Source: Hyalangium minutum | Lineage (GTDB): Bacteria; Myxococcota; Myxococcia; Myxococcales; Myxococcaceae | Assembly: GCF_000737315.1 (NCBI RefSeq) | Contig: NZ_JMCB01000003.1 | Coordinates: forward strand, 992,001-1,056,000 | Length of the DNA: 64,000 bases | Direction: 5' to 3' | Shown: one piece after another, positions 17,890-28,573 of the stretch | Layout: every line of letters starts with the position of its first letter | Position numbering within the stretch: position 1 is the first letter of the stretch | Translations under genes and position numbers: made by a program | The notes under the pieces: generated by a model | Told to the model about the DNA's origin: nothing | The model's input: only the letters and a program-made list of their open reading frames with translations | Database searches by the model: none

Positions 17890-19095
17890 ATGAAATTCCA
17901 CGTTGCACTTGCTTGCCTATATTTAGCAGCCTCAACAGGCTGCAGCAAACCTGAAATGGCAGTAAAAAACCTTTGCACTGGCGGCAAGCCGCGTAATTTC
18001 GCGCCCAATGGATTCTCGTTGGTATTTAAGGCCGAGTACATCGACGAAGTGGACGAGGGGAGACGTGTATTTGAACCAATCACCGATCTCCAAGAACTTC
18101 AAGGCGAAGTCAAACTGGCGGTGGACGACGGCGGCAATACAACGGGCAAAGAAAGCCAGCCGAGCCTTATTCAGAAGCCACAAAACGTCGCCCTGAAGAC
18201 CTTAATTCTAATCGATGGCTCAGGCAGCATCTATGACGAACAATCGAACACCGAAAACAAGATTAAAGATGCTGTAAGGCAGTTCCTCCAAAATATAGAT
18301 GATGCTCGCCACATCATCGGGATTTACAAATTCTATGGAGATCGCACCAAGATTGAGCCCATTCATGGGTTTTCTCCGGAGCGCCTCCAACGGCTTGACC
18401 GCAACTACTACGCATCAACGGACGAGTGGAAAGCCGAGTGGCTTAAAGATCGTGATGCGATGCTGAAGTCGATGGAGCCGACTTCGACTCCCACGATAGC
18501 AAGAGCCGGAACGTCAACAGCTCTGCATGATGCGCTTAGAATCTCGTTGGATACCATCCAAAACATTGGCAAGGGAACTCCTGCCCCCGGCGGCCCCCTA
18601 CCTTCCGTGCTGGTAAAGACCCTGATTGTCTTTACGGATGGGAAGGATGAAGTCGCTGCTGGCAGTGATTATACCTCTACGAAGGGAACTGCTATCGTCT
18701 CAGCCGATGCATTCAAGGCCAACACAAACAACACCGTTCTCGTCGCGGGTGTAGCCAAAGAAGACGACGACCTAGACAATGACTTACTTGAACAGGTCGC
18801 TTCGCCGAATGGCTTGTTTCTCTCGGATAAATTCGACCTGCTAGGCGACGCCTTCCGCCGCTTTGCAGAAAAAGCCGCTGCCAAGGCGAATAAATATTAC
18901 CAGTTCAGCATGTGCTCAAACCGTCGCGGGCAAGCCAAGATTGGCGCCATCTTGCGCATCAGCCATCCTCAGTATCAGGAAGGTCAGATGTCGTTCAGCT
19001 ATGACGCAAGTCAGTTTGTTGATCCCACGTCCGAGACCCCTTGCAATTTGAACGCAGCTCAGGCCTGCGAGTGGTCGGATGCTTCTGGCTCTTGA
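17890..19095 (+). CDS. VWA-domain lipoprotein in a low-GC segment
   Basis: Lipobox (AASTGC), MIDAS LIDGSGS, TALHDAL, IVFTDG; visibly AT-richer codon usage than neighbours. Confidence 0.8.
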   Translation: MKFHVALACLYLAASTGCSKPEMAVKNLCTGGKPRNFAPNGFSLVFKAEYIDEVDEGRRVFEPITDLQELQGEVKLAVDDGGNTTGKESQPSLIQKPQNVALKTLILIDGSGSIYDEQSNTENKIKDAVRQFLQNIDDARHIIGIYKFYGDRTKIEPIHGFSPERLQRLDRNYYASTDEWKAEWLKDRDAMLKSMEPTSTPTIARAGTSTALHDALRISLDTIQNIGKGTPAPGGPLPSVLVKTLIVFTDGKDEVAAGSDYTSTKGTAIVSADAFKANTNNTVLVAGVAKEDDDLDNDLLEQVASPNGLFLSDKFDLLGDAFRRFAEKAAAKANKYYQFSMCSNRRGQAKIGAILRISHPQYQEGQMSFSYDASQFVDPTSETPCNLNAAQACEWSDASGS

Positions 19096-20294
19096 TTCAG
19101 CGGCGTAGCGCGAGAGGAGAAAAAAAAGAGCGCACCGCCGCTGCTCAAAAAGCACCCAGCGGTGGGCGCGAGCCATACGGCCTTTAGGCTCATCGTAGCC
19201 AGAATTGCCAAGTTTGCAGAGAGGAGCAACCTCAGCAACTCAAGCCTGAGAGCCCACGGCTTCCCTTCGAACAAGGCACCGATGGTCCCCGTGCCCCACA
19301 ATACCAAGCCAACGATCACCGCAGAGCCCGCCATCCCTACGCCTCCGCCCAGCCACTGGAGCGCACTGCCTAGCACCGCCAACAGCAGGAACTGCAGCAC
19401 GGCGTAGATCGCCAGCCATCGGGGGACATCCTTGCTTGGCCTCGTGGAGGGATCCGGTTCCTCCACCTCGCCCGGGGCGCGCCAGCCCGGCGGCAAGAGC
19501 CACATCTTCACTGCGTCTCGCCAGTTCCGTGCCCGCCCCGCCCGCCGCACCAGCTCGACGAACGGCTGGAACTGCGCCCAGAGAGGGTTCCAGCTCGCCA
19601 GCGCACGTCTCGTTCCGTACGCCGGCTCATGCGTCTCCGGCTGGAACGTGCCGAACAGCCGGTCCCAGAGGATCAGCGTCGAGCCGAAGTTCCGATCCAG
19701 GTACTCCGCGTCCTTCCCGTGGTGCACCCGGTGGTACGCGGGCGTGTTGAACACCCAGCCCCACGCCCCCGTTCGCTGGATGAGCCGCGTGTGCTGCATC
19801 GCCTCGTAGAGCGACAAGCACCCCACCGCCAGGAAGAACTTCTCCATCGGCACGCCCAACAGCGGCAGCGGCCAGAAGAACAGCAGCGCACTGATGTCCG
19901 AGATCCACGGCTGCCGGACCGCCACCGAGAAGTTCATCTCCTCGCTCTGATGGTGCACCTCGTGGATCGCCCACAGCCCCGCCACCGCGTGCGAGCCCCG
20001 GTGGAACCAGTAGTAGCAGAAGTCCACTCCCACGAACGCCAGCACCCACGGCACTGGCGAGCCCTCCTCCCACCGCACCACCGCGAACGTCCGCTGGAAT
20101 CCGTCGTACAGCGCCAGCAAGAACCCTCCCGTGAAGATCCCCACCAGCACCTGCCCCATCCCGCACGACAGGTTCGCCAGCGTGTCCGGCAGCACGTACG
20201 CCCGCAGCCCCCGGCGCCGCAGCCCCCAGGCCTCGAGCCCCATCAACAGGAAGAACACCGGAACGATCAGCGCGTAGTAGTCGTTCGTATCCAT
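19059..20294 (-). CDS. Fatty acid hydroxylase / alkylglycerol monooxygenase-like membrane di-iron enzyme
   Basis: His boxes YWFHRGSH, HEVHHQSE, YHRVHH, NFGSTLILWDRLFGT; several transmembrane segments; AGGAGG RBS. Confidence 0.88.
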   Translation of the reverse strand: MDTNDYYALIVPVFFLLMGLEAWGLRRRGLRAYVLPDTLANLSCGMGQVLVGIFTGGFLLALYDGFQRTFAVVRWEEGSPVPWVLAFVGVDFCYYWFHRGSHAVAGLWAIHEVHHQSEEMNFSVAVRQPWISDISALLFFWPLPLLGVPMEKFFLAVGCLSLYEAMQHTRLIQRTGAWGWVFNTPAYHRVHHGKDAEYLDRNFGSTLILWDRLFGTFQPETHEPAYGTRRALASWNPLWAQFQPFVELVRRAGRARNWRDAVKMWLLPPGWRAPGEVEEPDPSTRPSKDVPRWLAIYAVLQFLLLAVLGSALQWLGGGVGMAGSAVIVGLVLWGTGTIGALFEGKPWALRLELLRLLLSANLAILATMSLKAVWLAPTAGCFLSSGGALFFFSSRATPLNQEPEASDHSQA

Positions 20295-20313
20295 CCGGCC
20301 CTCCTGCGTTCGG

Positions 20314-21756
20314 TCAGAGCCGCCCAGGCCCCAACGTGGTCAGCGAAGGCGCCGGCCGCTGCTGGAAGCGCCCGTCCCGGTTCCGGTACAGCACGTTATA
20401 CGCGCACGATGGGATGTTGCTCCCATCTGGCTCCCGGATCCCCACGCAGCACTGGCGGATTCGATCGGTATCGAACGTCTCCTCATCCATGTGCGAGTGC
20501 AGGTAGATCGCCTTCGAGCTTCGCTCCGCCAACTTCAGCCGCTCGGCTGCACTCACCCCTGGCGCCATCAGCCGCCCCACCAGATCCTTCAGCGTCGCCA
20601 GCACCGCTCCGGAGTCCTCACACGCCAGCTCCCCGGACCAGAGGCGGTTGATCACATCCTGCAGCCGCTGCTCCATCTCCGCGCTCGGCTCCAGGTACAG
20701 CATCCCGCCCAGCATCGCCCGCAGGTCCGCCCGGTCCATGAACCGCGGATACGGCAGCCACCGCCCGTCCCCCAGCTTCAGCAGATATGTCACCTGGTAG
20801 CAGAGCGGGTGCGCCGCCGGCGACGGCACGAAGTCCGTCACCCGAAGCTGCCCCCCTGTCTGCTGCTCCAGGTCCACCAGCACGTCATAGGGCGTGTACC
20901 GCGCCTTCCGATCGAACTTCGTCCCGCCCTGCCCCGTGAACGTCATCGTGTGGAGCTCCACGCTCCGGATGAAGTCCTTCTCCAGGCCCAGCTTCACGAA
21001 GTCGCCCACCTCCGAGTCGTTGTACCCCCGCGCCAGCACCGGCAGCAGCGTCGTGTCCACCGCGTGCTTCTCCAGCAGCTGCAGCACCTTCAGCTTCGAC
21101 TCCAGCAGCCGCCCGCCCAGCATCTGCTTGTTCGTCTCGGGCTTGAACGAGTCAAACGAGAGGATGACCCGCGCCTCCAACTGCGCCAGCCGCTCCAGCA
21201 GGTACTCGTCCTTCAGGAACCGCAGCCCGTGCGTGGACACCGTGATCCGGTGGATCCCCTCCTCGCGGCACAGCTCCACCAGCCGCTCGAACGCCGGGTG
21301 CTGCGTAGGCTCCCCGCCCGTCAGGTTGATGATCCGCTTGTCCGGCGCCGCCCGCCGCAAGTGCCCCAGGATGGCACGCAACTGCTCCTCGGACATGTGG
21401 TACGCGCCCGCGTTCCGGTTGTGCGTGTAGCAGATGGGGCAGTCCAGGTTGCACGCCGACGAGATCGGCACGATCGGCAGCTGCACCTTCTGCTCGTGCC
21501 GCGTACACGGGCCACAGTCGTACGGGCATCCCTGTGACACCTGCTTCAGCGCCACCGGAGCCTGCAGCGCTGGCGCCTCCTGCATGATCGACTCGTACCA
21601 GTCCGCATTCGAGGAGATCAGCGCCTCGGACGCGCCGTGCTCCGGGCACCTCTTGCGCATCACGACCTGACCGTTGCTCCGCCAGAGCGTGGCCTCCACG
21701 CTGCGGAAGCACCGATCGCACAGGCCCGTCGTCGTCCGCAGCTGAGCATCCGCCAT
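20314..21756 (-). CDS. Radical SAM enzyme, Tes/MJ0619-like (third paralog)
   Basis: TTGLCDRC...RKRCPEHG, GCPYDCGPC, CNLDCPIC, TGGEPT, FDTDRIRQCC...DGSNIPSCAYN. Confidence 0.88.
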   Translation of the reverse strand: MADAQLRTTTGLCDRCFRSVEATLWRSNGQVVMRKRCPEHGASEALISSNADWYESIMQEAPALQAPVALKQVSQGCPYDCGPCTRHEQKVQLPIVPISSACNLDCPICYTHNRNAGAYHMSEEQLRAILGHLRRAAPDKRIINLTGGEPTQHPAFERLVELCREEGIHRITVSTHGLRFLKDEYLLERLAQLEARVILSFDSFKPETNKQMLGGRLLESKLKVLQLLEKHAVDTTLLPVLARGYNDSEVGDFVKLGLEKDFIRSVELHTMTFTGQGGTKFDRKARYTPYDVLVDLEQQTGGQLRVTDFVPSPAAHPLCYQVTYLLKLGDGRWLPYPRFMDRADLRAMLGGMLYLEPSAEMEQRLQDVINRLWSGELACEDSGAVLATLKDLVGRLMAPGVSAAERLKLAERSSKAIYLHSHMDEETFDTDRIRQCCVGIREPDGSNIPSCAYNVLYRNRDGRFQQRPAPSLTTLGPGRL

Positions 21757-21916
21757 GGGCACAGACTATCTCTGGCGCTCGCGGCTCCAGCTGCGCTTCA
21801 TGAGCCCATCCTTAGAGTGCGCCTTGATCCCTACCCGGGCTCTTAGGTTTTGATAGCCCTCGAATCTTTTTGGCTCACGTACGCAACTCGCTCCGCGATC
21901 TGCCGATAATACCTAC

Positions 21917-23329
21917 ATGAGAGTACAAAATCCTTCCTCGAACGCCGCACAGCGCTCCTCCTCCACCTCTCCTTCGAGCTCCACGCCGACGACCAAGGCG
22001 CTCCCGCCCTCTCGCTCCAACGAGCTGGTACCGAAGCCCACGGATGGATTTGAGTCTCCCGCCAGCCGCTCCCGGCAGCCCAGCAAGAACCTGCTGACCG
22101 GTGACTCGGCCTCGCAGGCCCTGGCCACGCCGAAGCCGGGCACCCCCGCCACCCCGGCCGCCAACACCATCAGCCCCAAGGACATCCCGGCCGCCGACTG
22201 GACCGTGTTCGTCCACCTCAACGCCGACAACAACCTCGAGGACTTCGGCAAGGACGACCTCAACGAGATGGAGGCCGGTGGCGGCTCCATCGAGGGCAAG
22301 CTGAACATGATCGCCCTGGTCGACGGCGGCACGCGCAAGGACGCGGACGGCTGGAACACCAGCTCCCGGCTCATGTACGTGACGCGCGATCCGAACAACT
22401 CCAGCAAGCTCACCTCGAAAGAGATCGCCGTGGACCCGAGCTCGGACCTCGGCAAGATGCTGGCCAAGGGCGAGATCGACTCCGGCAGCCCCGAGGTGCT
22501 CCGCGCCGCGCTCGACTACGTGCAGCGCAACACCGAGTCCAAGCACTACATGGTGGACCTGTGGGATCACGGCAACGGCTGGAAGGGCGTCTCCTATGAC
22601 GACAACCCCAACAGCAGCATCGACATGCCTGAGCTCCAGAAGGCGCTCTCCGGTCTGCCCCAGAAGATCGACGTGGTCGCCGCCGACGCGTGCCTGATGG
22701 CCACCGTCGAGGTTGCCGACACCGCCAAGGCGGCCGGCGCGGACTACCTGGTGGGCAGCGAGGAGCTCGAGCCCGGCACCGGCTGGGACTACAAGGATCT
22801 GCTCGGCCGCATGAACAAGCTGTTCGCGGGCAAGGAGCCCGTCACCGCCGAGCAGATGTCCAAGGCCATTCAGGAGTCCTACGCCGCGGGCCCCCGCGAC
22901 AACGTCACCATGTCGGTGACGGACCTGTCCAAGCTGGACGGGCTCAACAGCAAGCTGAACTCCTTCAGCGACGCGCTCGTGAAGGCGGGCGGCCTGCAGG
23001 ACAAGACGATCCGCCAGGCCTACGACAAGTCCCTGCGCATGGATGACGCGGACCAGATGGACCTGGGCGACTTCGCCAAGCGCGTCTCCAACAGCACCAA
23101 GGACACCGCCCTGAAGGCCGCCGCGGATCAGCTCGTGGCCGAGCTGGCCCAGACGACCACGGCCAAGAGCGCCAAGGGCGCCGACTCGAAGTGGACTGCC
23201 CAGACGGGCCTCACCATCTACGCTCCGAAGGGCGGCGTGGATGCCCAATACAAGCAGACCGGTTCCGCGTGGCTCAACAGCCACTGGAACAACGTCATCA
23301 AGACCTACAACGCCACGCGCGTGAGCTGA
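21917..23329 (+). CDS. Clostripain-family (peptidase C11) cysteine protease
   Basis: WTVFVHLNADNNLE, LWDHGNGW (His), AADACLMA (Cys), LVGSEELEPG; Ser/Pro-rich N terminus. Confidence 0.85.
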   Translation: MRVQNPSSNAAQRSSSTSPSSSTPTTKALPPSRSNELVPKPTDGFESPASRSRQPSKNLLTGDSASQALATPKPGTPATPAANTISPKDIPAADWTVFVHLNADNNLEDFGKDDLNEMEAGGGSIEGKLNMIALVDGGTRKDADGWNTSSRLMYVTRDPNNSSKLTSKEIAVDPSSDLGKMLAKGEIDSGSPEVLRAALDYVQRNTESKHYMVDLWDHGNGWKGVSYDDNPNSSIDMPELQKALSGLPQKIDVVAADACLMATVEVADTAKAAGADYLVGSEELEPGTGWDYKDLLGRMNKLFAGKEPVTAEQMSKAIQESYAAGPRDNVTMSVTDLSKLDGLNSKLNSFSDALVKAGGLQDKTIRQAYDKSLRMDDADQMDLGDFAKRVSNSTKDTALKAAADQLVAELAQTTTAKSAKGADSKWTAQTGLTIYAPKGGVDAQYKQTGSAWLNSHWNNVIKTYNATRVS

Positions 23330-23408
23330 TGCCTGACACAAGTCGCGCGGCGGTTCGGGAATCTTCCTGGGCCGCCGCGCGCATTTGCGGGGGTAGAGTC
23401 CCGCGCCC

Positions 23409-23753
23409 ATGGCTCTCCGCGCGAAGAAGACCGGCTCCCGCCCCACCGCCGCCAAGAGCGCTCCCGTCCCCTTCACCGAGGCGGTCATGAAGGCAGTGCG
23501 CGCCATCCCCCGAGGCGAGGTGCGCTCGTACTCGCAGGTGGCGCTCTACGCGGGGCGGCCCGGAGCAGCACGAGGCGTGGGGCATGAGCTGAAGCTGCTG
23601 CAAGGTGGCGGGGGCGTGCCGTGGTGGCGCGTCACTCGCGCCGGAGGAGTCCTCGCGCCTCCCGTAGCCCACGAGCAGGCCCGCCGCCTGCGCGCCGAGG
23701 GCGTCGAGGTACAGCAGCGCGGCGAGGTGTTCCGCGTGAAGGCGAAGCGCTGA
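23409..23753 (+). CDS. MGMT-family alkyltransferase-like (ATL) protein
   Basis: IPRGEVRSYSQVA, ARGVG, VPWWRV (Trp in place of the PCHRV Cys). Confidence 0.85.
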   Translation: MALRAKKTGSRPTAAKSAPVPFTEAVMKAVRAIPRGEVRSYSQVALYAGRPGAARGVGHELKLLQGGGGVPWWRVTRAGGVLAPPVAHEQARRLRAEGVEVQQRGEVFRVKAKR

Positions 23754-24320
23754 TCAGCTGGGAGCGGAGTGGAGCGCGACGCTCCGGGAGCGGGTCAGCC
23801 GGCGCAGCACCACGTCCGCCGCGAAGAAGGTGACCAGCAGGATCGCCGAGTTGATCGCTCCCGACAGCCAGACCCCGCCCATCCAGTGCTCAATCGGCCC
23901 CCACGCCCCGTGCGCCATGTTCACGTTGATCGCCGGGTCCGTGGTCCAGTGACAGGACAGCACCCACAGCGAGTAGAAGAGCCACGAGGGCAGCACCACG
24001 CCTCGCGGCCACCCCTTGCGCCGCACCTCGATCACTCCCGCCGCGAGCGGCAGCAGGTGCACCAGCACCGAGCTCACCGTGGTGTCATGTGTCGCCGCCA
24101 CATCGAGCAGCCAGCCCACGGTGCCAAAACCCACGTGAAGGATGAAGCCTCCGGCCATCACGCGATGCCACCCCGCCAGGAGCCCGATGGCCATGACGGC
24201 CGTGGCCACGTGGCACAGCCAGAGCATCTCCTGCACGTGGGCCGCGTCCTTCGAGGCGGTGTGCAGCGCGAGCGCCCCCACCAGGGCCAGCCCCATCGCC
24301 CACGGAGGAGGCGGCTTCAT
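23754..24320 (-). CDS. Integral membrane protein of unknown function
   Basis: Several hydrophobic helices; conserved-looking WLCH, HLLP and NVNMAH segments; coupled to the upstream gene. Confidence 0.6.
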   Translation of the reverse strand: MKPPPPWAMGLALVGALALHTASKDAAHVQEMLWLCHVATAVMAIGLLAGWHRVMAGGFILHVGFGTVGWLLDVAATHDTTVSSVLVHLLPLAAGVIEVRRKGWPRGVVLPSWLFYSLWVLSCHWTTDPAINVNMAHGAWGPIEHWMGGVWLSGAINSAILLVTFFAADVVLRRLTRSRSVALHSAPS

Positions 24321-25423
24321 GGGGACGCGTCCGCCATGCCCAGCTCACGGCGCAGCACGGGGTCGCGCCGTGGGTGCCAGATCTTCTGATCCAGGTAGTA
24401 GTGGTGCAGCGCTCCGCCCCAGTAGAGCGCGAGGAAGAACCGCGCCGCATTGGAGTCGAAGGGGAAGAACGCGACGTCCGGCGCCACCCCGCGGCACGCG
24501 TTGACGAGGAGATAGAAGAACGACACCGCCACCAGGGCCCCGTAGGTGAGCAGCGGCGCCCGGCCCAGGCGCGCGACCAGCGAGCGCTCCGTGCTCGCAC
24601 CGTAGCGGCGCCGGCCCGTGGCGAAGATGATGCCCAGGTACTGCAGGCCATGCAGCGAGCCGCTCACAGCCACCACCGCGAAGGAGAGCTGCTCGGTGTT
24701 GGAGGGGCTCGGCACCAGGGGCTCGAAGGCGCCGACGACGAAGTAGCCGAAGGCCGCCGTCCCCACCGCCACCACCAGTGCGTACAGCCCGGGACGGATC
24801 GCCTCACCTCGGCGCCAGCGCAACGCAAGCAGCCCCGAGTAGCCCAGCACGGCCGCCACGGACGTGGCCGCCAGCGCCCTCACCGCCCACTGCTCCTGAG
24901 GCCCTGCCTCGGCCGCCAGCCCCAGAATCGTCCGGTTCACGGGGAACACGAGCAGGTACACGACGAACATCAGCCACAGCGTCCCGTGCAGGAACGCCCA
25001 GTCCTGCTTGCGGGCCTGCTCCGTGGCCCCACTGAGCCGTTGGTAGATGGACATGATCCCGAAGTGCTGGCGCACCGCGTGGTGGATGGCCCACAGCGCC
25101 GACAGCCCCAGGAAGGCCTCGAACGGCGCGGGCGAGCCGAGCAGCTCGTTCAGCCCCAGCGCCAGGATGCCGGGCAGCCAGAACACGAGGCTGCCTGCCA
25201 GCAAGCGCGCTCGGGCACGGCGCTCATGGGGATCCAGATAGGTCCGCACCCAGGTGGCGGCGAAGTGGGGCCCGTCCACCAGGCCCAGCCACAGCCACCA
25301 CACCGGGACGACGAGGACCGGGGCGGCGAGCACCAACACGCCCGCCAGCACCGCCAGCAGCGCGGTGCCAAAGAAGAAAAACCCGTCGTAACGGGCGCTC
25401 GAAATCCAACCCTGTCCGGCCAT
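24317..25423 (-). CDS. Polytopic membrane protein with His motifs (possible metal-binding membrane enzyme)
   Basis: DGPHF, HHAVRQHFG, HGLQY, HHYYLDQKIW motifs between transmembrane helices. Confidence 0.6.
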   Translation of the reverse strand: MAGQGWISSARYDGFFFFGTALLAVLAGVLVLAAPVLVVPVWWLWLGLVDGPHFAATWVRTYLDPHERRARARLLAGSLVFWLPGILALGLNELLGSPAPFEAFLGLSALWAIHHAVRQHFGIMSIYQRLSGATEQARKQDWAFLHGTLWLMFVVYLLVFPVNRTILGLAAEAGPQEQWAVRALAATSVAAVLGYSGLLALRWRRGEAIRPGLYALVVAVGTAAFGYFVVGAFEPLVPSPSNTEQLSFAVVAVSGSLHGLQYLGIIFATGRRRYGASTERSLVARLGRAPLLTYGALVAVSFFYLLVNACRGVAPDVAFFPFDSNAARFFLALYWGGALHHYYLDQKIWHPRRDPVLRRELGMADASP

Positions 25424-25465
25424 GACCCACCGCGGAGTATAGCTCCACGGTGGGAGACACACGGA

Positions 25466-26746
<1,281 letters not shown>

Positions 26747-26943
26747 TGCCAGCCTCCGAGTTCGCCGGACCCCGGTTCCCCGGAGCCTACATCACCGCCA
26801 CACACCCTCTCGACCGGCTGCCCACGTCTCGAACAGCCGTCCCTCAACAAAATATAGGCCCCCGCCTGATTCACAGGAAGTCCAACGCCACCTAATTGTG
26901 GCACCCACATCCCTGACGCGGGTGAGCGTTCGATAACAGTCGC

Positions 26944-27576
26944 TCAGCCATTCGTCACGCTCGCCGCGAGTTCCTCGACATCATCCGCCAGGGCGGCTGC
27001 CCGCTCAGCAATGGCCTTCGGCACCTTCCGAGAGCCCGAAAGCTCGCTGGCGAGCTTCCGGGCCGCCTGCGCCAGACGACGCAGCGCGACGTCCTCCGCC
27101 GGGGGCTCCGGAGCGGGCCGGGGGAAGCGCTCCGTGAATTCCTTCTTCAGCTCGTTGGTGGGCTTCTCCGGGTTCCAGATGCTGTCGCGCAGTGAACGGT
27201 ACTCGGAGGGTGAAAGCTGACCCCGGTCCGCCGCGTCCGCCAACACCTCCACCACTTCGAAGGCGGGGGCGCGCTGGGGGAACTCCTCGTCCTTCAACAC
27301 CTCCGGGGGCTCGTGCTTGGCCAGGAAGCTGAAGGAGCGCGTGAGCTTGAGGGCCGTATTCTTCCGGATGTGGAGCTCCTTGAGGCAGTAGGCCTCGAAG
27401 GACTCGTAGCCCCACTCCTCGAACTTCGCCTCGTCGCGAACCTGGACGAGCAGCTTGCCCAGCTCGGCCCAGGTGGACTTGAAGCGCTTGGCCGCCGACA
27501 GCACGACGTGGCGGAAGGAACCCGGAGGAACGGACTGAGCCTTCTTCTGGAGATCGGCTTCAACTGCGGTAGGCAT
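26944..27576 (-). CDS. Conserved hypothetical helical protein
   Basis: 210-aa ORF with myxobacterial codon usage; no recognisable catalytic motif. Confidence 0.6.
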   Translation of the reverse strand: MPTAVEADLQKKAQSVPPGSFRHVVLSAAKRFKSTWAELGKLLVQVRDEAKFEEWGYESFEAYCLKELHIRKNTALKLTRSFSFLAKHEPPEVLKDEEFPQRAPAFEVVEVLADAADRGQLSPSEYRSLRDSIWNPEKPTNELKKEFTERFPRPAPEPPAEDVALRRLAQAARKLASELSGSRKVPKAIAERAAALADDVEELAASVTNG

Positions 27577-27645
27577 GGCGGCGCTGTATCGCTCAGGCGC
27601 TGGGGCAGGGAAAGCAAAACCGCCCCACTGCCCGCCAGTCGGCCA

Positions 27646-28557
27646 CTAACCAACCTTGAACGACAGGTTCACCGACGCCAGCTCGCCTTTGTAGGGCTTG
27701 AAGGGCCACTTCTTCAGCTCGCCCAGGAAGCACTCGTAGAGCGGGCCCTGCTTGAGCTGCGGGTGATCCACCCAGAGCTTGGAGACCCGGCCGTCGTTGC
27801 CGATGACGAACTCGATCGGGATCTTCGCAGCGAAGCCCGGACGGCGTGCGGCCTCCTCTTTGAGGCAGCGGAAGAGCGTCTTCTGGTTGCTGCTGACCAC
27901 CTTGTTGATCGAGGCCTGATCGAACTCGGTGCTCATCTGCAGGCCGTCCGGCTCGGTGGAGACGCTGCCGCCGGGCTTCTTCGTGGCCACCGCCGCGGCG
28001 GGCACCGTGGGCGACGTGTTCGGCGTGCCCGAGGGCTTGGGCTTCGTCTCCGCACTGGCCACCTTGTCCGGCGGGCGCGGGCTCGAGGACGGGTACGCGA
28101 AGAGCTCCTGGTCGTCCTTGCGCGCCTGGGCCACGGCGATGGTGGGCAGGTCCACGGAGATGCCCGCGTACTCGTCCTCTTCACCGCCCGGCCCGTGCAC
28201 CGCCGCCCAGCGCGCCACCTGCCACGCGCCAATGGCCAGGGCCACCGTCACGGCCGCGCCGACGCCACCGGCGATCAGCCGGTAGCGCATCGTGCGCTGG
28301 CGCTCGGCACGGACATCCGCGTCCACACGCGCCTTGGCGACGGCCCGCGCCACGTGGACCTTGAAGGCGTCCACGTCCGCGATGCGCACGAAGTCCCGCT
28401 CGCCCGGAGGGGCAATCAGCGTGTCCCCGGTCATCTCGCCCGTGAACAGCTTCTCCACGAGCTGCTGCCCGGTCATCGGGCCCAGGACGAGATCGCCCTG
28501 ACGGAACAACCACTGCTGCTCACTCAGCTCGGGATCCAGCTCTTGCGCGGCCAACAT
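27646..28557 (-). CDS. GYF_2-domain membrane protein with an AgmX/PglI-like (TonB-C-like) C-terminal domain
   Basis: WLFRQGDLVLGPMT N-terminal motif, one transmembrane helix, Pro/Thr linker, IEFVIGNDGRV...CFLGELKKWPF. Confidence 0.7.
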   Translation of the reverse strand: MLAAQELDPELSEQQWLFRQGDLVLGPMTGQQLVEKLFTGEMTGDTLIAPPGERDFVRIADVDAFKVHVARAVAKARVDADVRAERQRTMRYRLIAGGVGAAVTVALAIGAWQVARWAAVHGPGGEEDEYAGISVDLPTIAVAQARKDDQELFAYPSSSPRPPDKVASAETKPKPSGTPNTSPTVPAAAVATKKPGGSVSTEPDGLQMSTEFDQASINKVVSSNQKTLFRCLKEEAARRPGFAAKIPIEFVIGNDGRVSKLWVDHPQLKQGPLYECFLGELKKWPFKPYKGELASVNLSFKVG

Positions 28558-28573
28558 TGGGGCCGAAGTATCC

